From positions 1,674,001 through 1,738,000 of the forward strand of contig CM007990.1 of assembly GCA_002189035.1 (NCBI GenBank): DNA of 64,000 nt. Direction: 5' to 3'. Origin of the DNA: Utricularia gibba. Its lineage: Eukaryota; Plantae; Magnoliophyta. This document shows, piece by piece, positions 36,210-48,899 of the stretch (within the stretch, counting starts at the first letter, position 1; the number at the start of each line of letters is the position of its first letter). A program made the position numbers and the translations under genes. A model generated the notes under the pieces. The model was not told the origin of the DNA, searched no databases, and saw nothing but the letters and a program-made list of their open reading frames with translations.

Positions 36210-37500
36210 TGTGTTGATAGCACATGTTTTCAGTGTATTAGTATTACAAAATGAGTATTATTATATTATAAAATTAGGATTTAATTCAGCGTTTCCGCAT
36301 CTTTGCAATTAGCTGTGTATTTATGTGTTTTTATTCAAATTGAGTATGTTTTATCTTGGATTTAGTCTCAATATGTGTTCTAATCACTCTCTTTAAGTAA
36401 TACAATATGTTTTTAGCAGCCCAAATCCCAAGAAGCTAGAGATGCATAGTGAAGATGGCAGAAAATAAAAACAAAAGTTGAAAATAGAAGACTCCAAATC
36501 CTAAAATTGCAAAAAGAAGATTTTGAGATATGATGAGGAGTAAGAAAATATCTTAACCGTTTCAAACAACACGCAACACAATTTTGGAGGAGAGTTTTTT
36601 GGGGGGGAAGAAAATTGCAGGAGAACACAAAGAAGAAGGGGAGACGAAACCAAGATCCAAGCTTAGATTTGAATTTTTATTTATTAGATGAATAATTTGT
36701 TATTTGGGTAAAATTATTTTAGTGATAAGCATATTATTCATGAAAGTCCCAAAGTATCAACTCGTATCCCTTTAGACAAAGAACCGATTTTCCCTGTTTA
36801 TTGTTTTACTGCTTCTTATCATCGAAATATATTAATCTTAATTTAGACTAAATTTTCAATCATAATAAACAATGAATGTATTAGTTTTCACATAATAAAC
36901 ACATAGTTCCTTGTTCGATCATAATCCATTATACTCATATTTGTTTCATGATTAAGTATGTATTAGGTTTATAAATTTATTTGATCGGAGAATTTGCATT
37001 TTTAATGACATTTACAAATTTTTTTCATTTATCAAATTGACGCTATTGTCAAGGAGTGGTGTTTTATTGTTGTGTTTTTCAGTTAATTCATTTACGTTCC
37101 TCTTGTGTAGTTGATTTTGATTTCAACCCAAAAATCAAAAGTGTTGCTAGAAGGAACTTTAAGAGAGTTAGAGAAGTAATCAAGTTGAGAAGACTTACTT
37201 ACTGTAACTCAAACTAGTTTTATCATAGCATAATAGAAGAAGACGTTGAATAAGCTAGATGTAGCAGATCATATGTACTGAGGGTTGTGCATCAAATATT
37301 CTGATGATACATACAATGAATTGAAGTCATCAATGATCAATTTTTTGCCTAAGTATTACAAAATAATTGGAGAGAACCCATATGAATATTTGGATAATAT
37401 TAGAGTAGTTTGCATATCTTTCAAAAGTATTGGGATGATGACTAAAGATACTATCTACTTGAGATCAATCCAATTTATACTAGAGTAAAGTGCAAAAACG
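36210..37500 (+). mobile_element. Truncated Athila-like Ty3/Gypsy remnant (LTR + degenerate PBS + gag start)
   Basis: LTR-like end ...TTTATCA at 37034; degenerate TGGCGCCGTTGCC-type PBS at 37038; gag NELKSSMINFLPKYYKIIGENPYEYL...YLRSIQFILE*SAKT. Left boundary approximate. Confidence 0.65.
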
Positions 37501-38250
37501 TGATTCAATTGTGATTTTTTATTTCAAGAACTATTCATCACACTAAAACAAAAAAAATATGAATGTATGCTGGCAAGGATTTTTTTCACTACAACACTTG
37601 AAAACTTCCAAGTTCCATATTTGAGTACATTTGATGCAATGATAGAGAGCCTATTTATAATATTGAAGTAATATTGGACCCGGAGTCACCGGTGGTTTGG
37701 AGGTTAGCCAGTGGAGGAGCCGAGCCTTCCTCTTCGAGGCCGTGATGCATTGAATAATGTTGGCCAACTGGAGAGGGGGACCAGATGCCCATCTGGACTT
37801 GGCCCATCCATCTTCCTTTTCTCAATCATTACGACTCAACTTGGCTTCCCTTATCCATTCTAACAAGTGTTCTGGTTCAAACGGAATCCAATCGTGAAGC
37901 AAAACATAGTAAGCGTTGCTGGTTCGTCTCCTTGAACGGAAGGGGAACCGTTGGTTCATTGATGAGAATGTATTTATTTCCCACCATTCTCGGTTGTCTT
38001 CCTAACGGCTTTTGGACGCTGCAATTGCCGACTAACTTCGAAAAGATTGATTCTTGACGTATAATTAGCTGGACCCTCGCAAGCCTCCAGCCACTTACTG
38101 TTTTATTGTTTTTTTGCCCCAATTGCTACTTTATCTCCTCGTCGTCTTGCAGTTTACAGAATCGCCAAATCCTGATCGCGGCTCCTTCGTCATGTGCTAC
38201 TACTCCATTGCTTTTCTTTAAATGAAAACTGGGAGAGATTTTTTCAGGTG

Positions 38251-40467
38251 ATGGCGGACGTGCTTCGTACTCCTTTCGTTTCCTCCTCTCCTTCTACGCC
38301 TACCCACAATGCCCTGTTAATTCACGGGGCGAGATCGTTTGTGGGTGATGGTGGTAGGATCTCTGAGCTTGAGATAAATACAAGATCGGAGGAGAAAAGG
38401 GAGAAGGACAGAAGGGATCAATTGTCCCTTTTAGCTATTTTAGTGACTTCGTTTAGGAAGAGCTTTTCGGGTGCTTGGAAGAGGGATAGGTTTGGATTCT
38501 CTGGTTCCAGTGGGAAATTGGGCAGTGGGGTTATGGAGATCGGTTCGCCTACTGACGCGCAGCATGTTATTCATGTTACTTTTGATAGATTTGATGGTTT
38601 TCTGGGTTTACCTGTTGAGTTCGAGCTCGAGGTTCCCAGGAGAGCGCCTAGTGCCAGGTATAAGTTTCCCTTGTGTACCTGTCTCCTTCATTTTCATATG
38701 AGGGGTCTAGTTTTGGAGATAATTATTGATCGCTATGAATATAGATAACCAGATTTTGTGATACTGAGATCGAAACCTTGCAGATACATTGTCCTCGTTG
38801 GTTTCTGCTTGATGAGTATTTAAATTCATGTTTTTTGAATCCTAGTACTGATGCAGTCTGGATGAGAAGTTGTCTGTGAAGATTTATATTTATTTTAGAA
38901 GCCTTGACTGTATTTATGAATAACTTTGAGTAAATTTGGGTGAATGCATCTTCTATTCTTTAGGCTTTATTTTTCCTAATTCTCAATAGTCGTTTGTAGG
39001 TAGATGATTGCTAAATGGGAGCCCTATGTAAAAAGTTAAATCTGTTCTTGGCACTCCTATGCTTTAACTTTTGCTCTTGGCTTCTTGTACGCACGTTTCC
39101 TGTTGGTTCATCTCGGAAATTTTATTGCTCCGTTTTATGTTGTTTGACCTCCTTTTAATGCATAATTTCTATGGTATCTGCCGCAGTGCCACTGTTTTTG
39201 GAGTGTCTACAGACTCGATGCAGCTATCATATGACCACAGGGGTATTGTGATTCCAACTATCCTCTTGCTTATGCAAAGACATTTGTACTTCCAAGGTGG
39301 CCTCAAGGTACTTTTTCCATGCCTCTCCTAGTGCATATTCAGTTCTTTTACTTGGCTCTTTCAGAAGCTGACATGGGTGGTTTCTATTCAGGCTGAAGGG
39401 ATTTTTAGAATTACTGCTGGTAACAGCCATGAGGAATTTGTTAGGGGACAGTTGAATCGAGGTATTGTTCCGGAAGGCATCGACGTCCATTGTTTGGCAG
39501 GCTTGATCAAAGTAGCCTCTGAAGTCCTACTCTGTATATCTCATTTTTCGTGTTTTTTCAGAAAATGATCATGTCCTTACTCCAATTTCCTGGAATGATA
39601 CTGTTGTTTCCTGGCTTTGCCTCGCAAGGAAATTTAATTCTTAGAAAAGTGAATGTGCTTGTTATGGATTGCTCCAGGCTTGGTTCAGAGAACTCCCCAT
39701 AGGGGTATTGGATCATCTTTCTCCAGATCAAGTGATGCAGTGTGTTTCTGAAGACGATTGTGACAGACTTGTGAGGCTTCTACCTCCCACTGAGTCTGCT
39801 CTTCTGGACTGGGCCATCAATCTGATGGCTGATGTTGTGCAAGAGGAAAGTAGCAATAAGATGAATGCACGCAACATAGCAATGGTCTTTGCTCCAAATA
39901 TGACGAAGGTAACTGATCTCCTCTCCGACACATCACCATATACATCTTTTTACTCTCTATGCACCTTGCTTTCATTGTCATCAGATGGCTGATCCTCGAA
40001 CTGCACTCATGTACGTTGTGCAAGTCATGAACTTCCTCAAGACACTCATAGAAAAGACGTTAAGACAGCGTCGGGAGAGTATCGTTGAGTCAGTTTCTGT
40101 CATCATCAAGAAGCCGCCTGGTGATGACAATGGGAACCAGAGCTCCTCAAGGTTGCATCAAGACGATGATGTTGAATCGAACCCAACTCCAGTTCTGCAT
40201 TCATCACCCTCGCCCTGTGTGGACACCGGTTCATCTTCCCCTGTAGGTGATGAGGATGATATCAGTTACACTACAGAATCATCCTATGCAAGTGTGTTTT
40301 GCGAACCACCAGCTGAGACGGGTAAAGCAAGCTGCAGGAAGATCCTGGACAACGATGGAGGACGCAGAATTCAGCTCATGTGTGGCTCCTTTGATCATTC
40401 AGAAAGGGTCTGTGACAACAACAGCGGGATTGGTAGTTTGAATCTGTGCTACTACTCATCGGTGTGA
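38251..40467 (+). CDS. RopGAP: Rho GTPase-activating protein with CRIB domain (RopGAP), 5 exons, ~453 aa
   Basis: Exons 38251-38657, 39187-39307, 39392-39511, 39678-39908, 39985-40467, phases consistent. CRIB MEIGSPTDAQHVIHVTFDRFDGFLGLP; Arg finger AEGIFRI; NKMNARNIAMVFAPNMT. Confidence 0.92.
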
Positions 40468-41631
40468 GCCATGAGGATGAACAACTACTTGCTGGCTCTT
40501 GTTCTACTTAGTTTTGTGTGACCATGTGCTGTACATTGCTGCTGGCTTGTGGTTGTTGCCTTCTTCCTTCCCTAGTGTCGTTTACTGAGGGTAAATCGTC
40601 ATTTTTCTCTATTTGGTTTCAGTTTCAAATACGATGTTTTTTATTTTTGTTATGTGACCACATAGACCAACTGCATCAACAGAATTGAGTCACACGAGAG
40701 TGCTGAAGGAACCACATGGCTAATATATGCAACCAACCCTTATTTTAAATGTTTAAAACGGTAGACTATGCAGGCCTCTGTGGCCCCTGGTGGCCACTAC
40801 CAGAAGGGCAAAAGGTAGGGACTGGTTCTGGATTCAGCGACCATCAAGCAGTGTCTTGTTCTGCCATCGTACGCCAACCGAGCTGCCGAAGTACTGCTAT
40901 TTGACAGGGAACTCACTCAGCATTTAGGGGCTGGAAAACAAAGTCATTTGTCATTATTATTACACGCAAATCATCCAAGTGCTGATTCACACTTCCGAAA
41001 TCCGAAAAAAATCTTACATGCGATTTCCACCCATAACAGATATTATTTGGGTGCAACTTAAGAAGAGGGCTTGTTCTAGTTTTGATCGAGATGGAGTTAC
41101 TGAAGGAGCAGATTGTTTGTGAGGAAATGAAAAACACACACCTAGCATTGCTTTCCGTTTCCTTGTGGCTGCTGCTGCAACAGACCAGGAAGCTTCATTG
41201 CACGGTAACTTGTAACTATCAAATCCTACATACTCTGTGCCCAAGTACAGGCTTTTACAGAATCAGACAAAGATTAAGGCTCAGGTGACCTCGTCATTGT
41301 ATTAAGGGATGGATTCGTTTTCGGTAGATCGAGCGATTCCTCCTCGTCTCACTTGGGAATATTCCTATCTATGAAAATGGACATCAGCCATGAGGGATCT
41401 TTCTTCGCTAAATAGTCGAGATTTGGTTTTTTAGATTCCAGAACCTATTTTTCCGATTCTTCTTTGCTTGTGTTGTTTTTTTTATTTCACTTGGTCTTTT
41501 TTCTGTCCTATTATCGGATGCCGATTTTCGATACCATCAAATTCATTCGTTATTTTGTCATGTATCTGATCCTACATCATGCTATTCAGAAATCATTTGA
41601 TAATAAAGTATTAATATATTTAAATATAATA

Positions 41632-41635
<4 letters not shown>

Positions 41636-41664
<29 letters not shown>
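41636..41664. repeat. (TA)n microsatellite, ~14 units
   Basis: Directly visible TA run. Confidence 0.9.
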
Positions 41665-41666
<2 letters not shown>

Positions 41667-43360
41667 CAATTATATATTATTTTAATATTCAAAAATAAAA
41701 ATTTGAATATGTAAATATTATACATATAATTAAACTTCTTACTCTCTTCCCCTCTATTTGTGTATATCGTTCATACATATTCAAAAGATTAATATGTGAT
41801 TGATATAGCTATATAAAATTAATATACATATACTAGTTAATTAGATAATGATATAATATTATTAACTTTAATATAAATCTTCTATATCTAAGATATAGTT
41901 AATGGTCGGTGGTATGAGGAAGATGCCCTGGATTTACATTGGAGTAATCAGCCATTTATTATGAAGGATGTTGTGGCAAATGCCGGTAGCTTTTTCTGCA
42001 GAGTATTACAACACCACTGTCTCAATAGAGGCATCGGTAAGCAAGCGATGGGATGCCCATGCCTCATCTTCTGGTAACGAATGCATTGTTCTTGTGGAAT
42101 GAATCAATTAGCGATTGAGTTTACTCTACAAATATAATATGCTTCAAACTATATAATATAATACAATATAATGCGTGTGATGGCACCCTTTGCTCTTAGG
42201 AACTTCCACTGGTCCGAATGCCCCCAAAGCAATGCATAGGATTGTATTGAAAACCCAAAATTGTATGTTATTCTATCATACTCGGATTTCTGGAAATTGA
42301 AAATGATCTTCACGTCAAAATTCACATCTCGAATGACATACTCCTGAGTGTCCTGACCACTTTGTGTTTAAATATATTCTTAAATCATATTATTGTGGAT
42401 GAAAAGCATTGTTATCGAATACGTAAAGACACCCAAAATTTTAAAAATAATATAACCACTGAAATAACGCATTTAATTTCAACGTGATTGGCTAATTTAT
42501 TAATTTGTAATAAAAATGTAAAAAAAAAAAGTAATAAAATTAGCGTGCATTTTTCATTATTCCGTTTTATTATTTCTACGCCGTACATTGTGGACACGGC
42601 AAGTATTTGCACAACGTCAATGTTGGTAGTCGTTGCGTAGAGTTGACTGCAAAACCCAAAAACACGGGAACAAAAAAATTTCCAAACCTTTTTTTTTTTT
42701 TTTTGCATTTTTAACCAACTTTTTGTTTTACTGATAAATGTTTTGTAAAAAGAAATATCAATAATAAAAAATAACGTTGGAGCTTGTAATAACAAAAAAA
42801 AAAAACATTTTCTTTTATATTTTAATAAATTTCGAAAAAAATAATGCATTTTTTCATAGTTATGACCAGATGGAGCCTGCATTACTTTTCAAACCAACAT
42901 TATAGGAAATATATTTTTATATCTTATTAATAAGGCGACGGGAACGACTTTTGTAAGAGACGCAACATACTAGGAACTGCTGAAATTTCAAACTAACCAA
43001 AACGAGCGTATTTGGATTCATAGAATATAACATAAACGAGTTAAATGCCCTCAATAATGGTTTCAATTTTATTTTTTTTTAAATTTAGAATATATTGTGT
43101 AATTTAAAATTATATTAAAATAAAATCAGTTTTAAGATTGAATAGTTAAATAATATAAATGGATTTTTAAAATAAATTCGGAAATGAAACTGACAATTTA
43201 ATATGATTATTATTCTAATTAGAACCATATTTTCGTGTTCTTCAAATACTAAAAAATTGAAACAAATGGTTTCAAAGTGCAGGATTATGAATAAGAAAAA
43301 CGAGTTCAAGAAGTGGTCAAAGGAGAAAGTTCAATAAGACAAACGAGTCCACTGCGGGGT

Positions 43361-43370
43361 GTATAAATAG
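43361..43370 (+). promoter_or_regulatory. TATA box of patatin copy A (mirrored at ~53667-53676 on the minus strand for copy B)
   Basis: GTATAAATAG about 100 bp upstream of the first ATG (43460). Confidence 0.6.
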
Positions 43371-43459
43371 CACCTGGGGGGCGGCTTCCGATCATATTGT
43401 CGAACACCACGGGAGACATTCTTGGAAGAGGAGCTTTCGCCAGCATCGTCCCTGATCAA

Positions 43460-45233
43460 ATGGAATCATTCAGTTCAATCGCTCAGGTGCCGGAGTACGA
43501 TCGTTACATCACCGTCCTGAGCATCGACGGCGGTGGCGTGAAGGGAATCATCCCCGCGGCGATCCTCGAATACCTCGAGTCTCAGCTTCAGAAGATGGAC
43601 GGCCCGGATGCCAGACTAGCCGATTACTTCGACGTCATCGCCGGAACCAGCACCGGTGGTCTCGTCACGGCGATGCTCACCGCGCCGGATGCCAACAACC
43701 GCCCTCTCTACGCCGCCAAGGACATCACCCCCTTCTACTTGGAGAACTGCCCCAAAATATTCCCCCAGCAGCAGTAAGTAGCGAACCACCTTTTTCCGAG
43801 TACATATCTTCTATTTTACTGCTCTTGAGGATCACGGTTTGTATCATCGTTTATCAGAAGCTGGATTCCCTTTGGGAGGGTGGTGAAGTCGCTAATGGGG
43901 CCGCTGTATGACGGCAAGTATCTTCACAGCTTGTTGAAGGAAAAGCTGAAGGACACGAAGCTGAGCCAGGCCTTGACTAATGTCGTCATCCCTGCCTTTG
44001 ACATCAAGCGTCTGCAGCCTGTATTCTTCTCCTCCTACGAGGTGTGTTCTCCATTTTCCTTCTCCCAGCGAACCAATTCTTGTTTCTAAAGCAGGTTGTT
44101 AGGTCAGGTGATTCAAATAGTGTCTTTTCTTTGGGCAGGCAAAGAGATCACCTCTTATTGACCCGAAGCTGTCGGATGTCTGCATCAGTACCTCTGCAGC
44201 TCCGACCATCTTTCCTGCGCACGAGTTCACCACCTCCGATGGAAACGGCAACACTCGCGATTACAATCTCATCGACGGCGGTGTCGCAGCGAATAATCCG
44301 GTGAAGAACAGATCCTCCTCTTCATCCAAACATGAAAGATTCACCCTTTTGCTGACTACTCTATCTTGTGTGCTTCCACAGGCTCTGATTGCCATATCAA
44401 ATGTGACCAGACAACTGATCCGCAGCGAAACCGACTTCTTCCAAAGGGCCCCCATGGACCAGCCCCGTCTCCTTACCTTGTCCGTTGGGACCGGAGTCGC
44501 TCGGCTCGAGGAGAAGTACGATAGCAAACAGGCGGCGAAATGGGGCATCATCGACTGGATGCGCCACGGCAACAACACGCCGCTGTTCGAAATCCTCAGC
44601 CAAGCAAGTGCAGACATGGTGGACTTCCACACTACCATGGTCTTCCAGGCTCTCTACTCGGAGATCAATTACCTTAGAATTCAGGTATATATCCTCTCAT
44701 GTCACACTCTCAATTACCTTTCGACATTTTTCACGATGGCTGCGTCGTCTGCAGGATGATCAACTGAGCGGGAGTGAGGATTCAGTGGACCTGTCTACTG
44801 CGGAAAACCTGCAACGGCTTGTGAAAATTGGGCAGCGGCTGCTGACGAACCCGATTTCCAGAGTTAACTTGGACACCGGGTTGACTGAGCCGGTCACCAC
44901 TGATCTCACCAATAAGGATGCTCTAAGCAGGTACCCTTTCGCATCAAAATCCACCCAGATCACTCCATCAATCCAAATAGGAGGATTCATCCGTTGACAT
45001 TTCTGGGTTTCTTCAGGTTCGCTCGGCTATTATCGACTGAAAGAAGGCTAAGGGGAAACGGACGGGACGAAGCTGCAGGAGGGAATGGCAGAGTCTCCAG
45101 GGGAAGAGTTGGAGTTGCAGCAGCTGCAAAGTGCAAGATGATGATGAAACTGAAGCCAGCCATCAACTTCACAGCCATGAACCCAAGGCTTTATCACGTG
45201 GCGTCGACTGCACCAATCAAAGCCTTTTTCTAG
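43460..45233 (+). CDS. Patatin-like phospholipase A (pPLAII class), copy A, 6 exons, 451 aa
   Basis: Exons 43460-43773, 43858-44041, 44139-44300, 44382-44684, 44755-44930, 45017-45233. Intact SIDGGG oxyanion motif, AGTSTGG (catalytic Ser) and [11 protein letters not shown] (catalytic Asp). The track start at 43397 is TTG; the first ATG is 43460. Confidence 0.95.
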
Positions 45234-45794
45234 AACAGAATTTGGTTCATTCCATTAATTTGTTGATTCATTATCATGCATTCGATTTCAGCGCAACTGC
45301 TGCATCGCTGCTTATACATTTGTTCTTCCAACTTCCATATCGTGTATGTGATTCACACTCAAGGGGGTTCTAGTACATTTATTTTCTTGTAGAATATTTT
45401 TTCATCATGTTTCAGTTATATCTGTTTTATGATGGGAAGTATTTAGACTAGGGATAGTTAGAGAAATTTTGCTTCGTCAAATGACATTGTTGTAGAGGAG
45501 CTAAATGCTTTTTAATTATCGTAGTTAATGTTTTTGCATTCTTTTGTATGGAGAACTATTCTCCCACTGTATCTAGAGAATGCGAAAACTACAAGGAAAC
45601 ATAAAAAACTAGTAAAAGATAAGCAGTATCACACAACACAAAAAGTCTAGAAAGAGAGTTCCTATACATAGCTCAATCATGGATACAAATGATGTAGATA
45701 AAACAATATATGAATATGACTATCCAAATTGTTCTTACCATGGAATTTGTATCAATTTTTTTGAAGAGGCTGCTACATTTGTGCTTACACATGG

Positions 45795-46180
45795 AATAAT
45801 CAATCTCTTTCCCAAACTTTATAGAAATGGAGAGGATTTGTGCTATCCAAATTGTTCGTGATGTAATAAAACCTGAGGTTATAGAAGGCAAACATGTTTT
45901 TGAGTGTTTTTCACTTTACAATAATAGGAGACATAAAGGAATGATTTAATACTTTCGAGTCTAGAAGCATAGCAAGCTGAATGGAGATGAAGAAAACATT
46001 TTTCGAAGGTATTCGCATTCACTCAGGCTGAAGAATTGAGAAGAAGAATTGCTAATATTTATCATTTTATAGCAGACCGCTTATGAATATTGGGATAAAT
46101 TTAACAAGCTACTTGCTAGTTGTCCTCATCATAGATATTAGAAACTCACTTTAATTAAATTTGTTCGAAGGATTATTACC
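45795..46180 (+). mobile_element. Athila-like gag fragment (degenerate)
   Basis: IINLFPKLYRNGED, *FNTFESRSIAS*MEMKKTF, YEYWDKFNKLLASCPHH. Confidence 0.65.
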
Positions 46181-46749
46181 AACCATGGAAACTCAGTTGG
46201 ATGATGTGGTTGAAGGGAGCATGAGAATACTCAATCCTACCTAAGCATTTCTGCAGATTTTCCATCTCTCAATGGCACCAAATGCTTTAATATTTAACAT
46301 CAAATAATTTAATTTAAATTTTAATTCATGTTATCCAATTTTCAATTCGACTCATTTAAATTATAAAATAAAATAACGAAGAAAATGTAAAAAAACATGA
46401 CTTGAGTTATAGATAAGTTTTTGAGCTTTTGTAGTCTTCTGTACCCACATCCATACAGAAGAAATATATGAAAGAATTTGAAAAAAATATTATGTCATTA
46501 TTAAATTTGTCATCTGTTGTGGATCAGACATGGATATAGTGAAAACCTATCCACACTCAATCCATTGGCATCCTTAACTGTTACATATACAAAGGAAGAC
46601 ATGAAACATGAAACAAACTCAAAGAAAAAAAAAAGGATTAGTCACGAAACATGGAAGGGGAGTTTTCCAATTTAGAAACAAGAAGTTTAGCAGTCAATAG
46701 TCATTATAAAATAGAAATTAAAAGTCACTAAATTCTTCCTGAGAGGAAG

Positions 46750-47330
46750 AAGAAGATGAATAGTGCAAAGAAAACGTTGAAACTAAAAAACTTGTTCCAC
46801 ACACTTGTGTTCCCCTCTAAATCTAATTGTTCAAGTTATGTATCTTGCAAGACATGTTATTTCCTGCACCGGCATAACAATTGTAGTTATTTCTTTTGTT
46901 ATCTACAACCTTATTGTGCACGTCATGCCTCATCATTAAATTCTCATTCTTCTATTAGAAATCGTGGAAAACCATTTTCTCCTTTCTTGCACACTTTTTA
47001 CCCTTACCCATTGGCAAGTTCTATCCTTTTGACTCTCATCCTCATTAAAGCATGAAAGTATTTAGAATTCTCATCTACCGCCATGTTCTTGTTTAAATTA
47101 ACTTATTGGGAGTACATAATTGCTTGATGTTTTATCAATCTCCATATATGTCTCCAATCTTCCATCTGTAATTTTTGTTCATCCTCATTTAAGTCCTGTA
47201 GTTCCACAATTAGGTCTCATTTTTTACTTTCTCCTTAGCATGTTTTAATTTTTGTTCTATAACTCCAATTATCTCTCTACTTTATTTCTTTCAACTTTTC
47301 CTTAACACTTTTCAATTTCTCTTTCAACCT
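46750..47330 (-). mobile_element. LINE (L1) ORF2 remnant
   Basis: Minus-strand KLKSVKEKLKE...DENSKYFHA...KRIEL, resembling the L1 EN-RT linker (GD.NSKYFHA). Confidence 0.5.
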
Positions 47331-47924
47331 ATAGAGAGTGTTTTGTTACAGGATTAGGATAAAATATGTTTTAACTTATTTGAGTTTATATAAAGCTGAT
47401 ATGTATTTATGTAGTATTTAGTTAGTAGGATTAGAATTGTATTTTATACCATATTTAGTTGATAGGATTTGGATATAATGGAATTATAATGTGTTAATTT
47501 ACAATTTTAACCTTTCAATTAGGGTTTATATTTTGAGAAGCAAAAATCCTCTCACATTGTTTTGCAACCATGCAGCCACAGAAGGAGAGGCAAGTGCAGC
47601 CAATGACCAAGTGTGCTCTATTACCATCAATTCTAATATTTTTCTTCTCTAAAACTTGTTTCTCACATTTATTTCAGAGAGTTTGAAGTGAAGAAAACAA
47701 AATGAGGATGAATTCCGGAAGAAGAGTGAGTGCTTCTTAATGGTTTATTAACGCTAGTGGTGAATGATGGATGGAGAAGCTAGAATGGGTTTAAGCTTAG
47801 ATTTCATGGTACTTTGGAATCATTCATTAGAAAATATCTTCCAACTACTAGTTTGAAGGTGAACCCTCATATTGAGTCTAAGGTAAAAACTCAGAAACGG
47901 AAATATTATAGATTGATAGATCTA

Positions 47925-48105
47925 TTATCACGTTCTGGAACAAGAACAAGTGATAATGATTTTGATGGATAGATTTTCTAACTACACCTATTTTATTGCT
48001 TTATTGCATTCTTTTAGTACTACTTCGGTTGCTAAAATATTTTTTAGAGAAATTTTTAAACTTCATGGACTATCAGAGTCTATTATTAATGATAGGGATA
48101 AGATA
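47925..48105 (+). mobile_element. Ty3/Gypsy integrase fragment
   Basis: IMILMDRFSNYTYFIALLHSFSTTSVAKIFFREIFKLHGLSESIINDRDK, matching the VVVDRFSK..HF...LHG.P.SIVSDRD pattern. Confidence 0.75.
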
Positions 48106-48289
48106 TTAACTGGAATATCCTAGGCCTAAACCCTGAAAATAGGTTGCATGAATTGCTAATTTCAAAAATTAAAGTGTCATAATTTGAATTATGTATGACA
48201 TTTCCGCAATGATGGTTTATTATTATAATTTTATATTTTAAATCATTGTATTGTCAGCACATAATGATGATGATTTTGCATACACAAAA

Positions 48290-48530
48290 AATGTTGAAAT
48301 AATAAATTAAAATTATTCACATAGGAAATTGTTATTAGAATTTTATTTAAAAAATAACTCAAAATGATAAAAAAAAAACAAAACAAAAGATTGATTTTAA
48401 AAACTATAAATAAAAGTGGTTTTAGATTTAGGATCTATCTTATAAAAACTTGCCCATATATGTGTATATAAACCTTGAGTACTGACTTGTTTGCATAATT
48501 TATAAGGATGTTATTCTAAAATAATACCAG
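48290..48530. repeat. Dispersed AT-rich repeat, copy 2 (see 6065-6310)
   Basis: Same collinear blocks as copy 1. Confidence 0.7.
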
Positions 48531-48899
48531 TTGGTAATCATTATAGTACCATCATTCATTCAGTGTGAGTATAGAATCAATTACAACAATATAGTCATTT
48601 TACCTCTTGTGATAATCCATGTTTTCCTTCTAAACTCGATTTTAACCTCTATACCTCATACTTTATAGATACTGAATATTGCTTACCAACGATGTTTGAT
48701 AAGCCTTTCTCCATAGATGCTTGAGACCAATTCGAAATTTTCCCACACTTCGTTATCGTTATGTGGTATGCCAAGTAGATTCCCTAATGATGGTGCTTGA
48801 CTAAGAGGTAATAATTGTCTCCAGTGAAAACCAAGATGTTCTATTTGCGATATCTAATAATTTCGATAATTGTATGTCCCTCCTTGATTCTATTAGTAG

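Larger units (their letters stand above)
41897..45365 (+). repeat. Left arm of large inverted duplication
   Basis: Reverse-complement match to ~51675-55675. Core 43204-45321 matches 51717-53833 essentially exactly; flanks ~80-85%. Confidence 0.93.

Noticed and set aside
41290-41600. Segment with an organelle-like look (possible NUPT/NUMT)
   Set aside because: I could not match it to any recalled plastid or mitochondrial gene; BLASTN against organelle genomes would decide.
43213-43224. Perfect 12-bp palindrome TTCTAATTAGAA near the upstream boundary of the identical tract
   Set aside because: Such palindromes are expected by chance in very AT-rich DNA, and there is no counterpart at the downstream boundary.
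43397-43459. 21-aa N-terminal extension of patatin in the ORF track
   Set aside because: It starts at TTG, only ~27 bp after the TATA box. ATG 43460 gives the family-typical N-terminal length.
44044-45373. Multiple overlapping ORFs in both patatin copies (77-170 aa)
   Set aside because: Alternative-frame or antisense shadows and intron read-throughs; their duplication simply reflects the inverted repeat.
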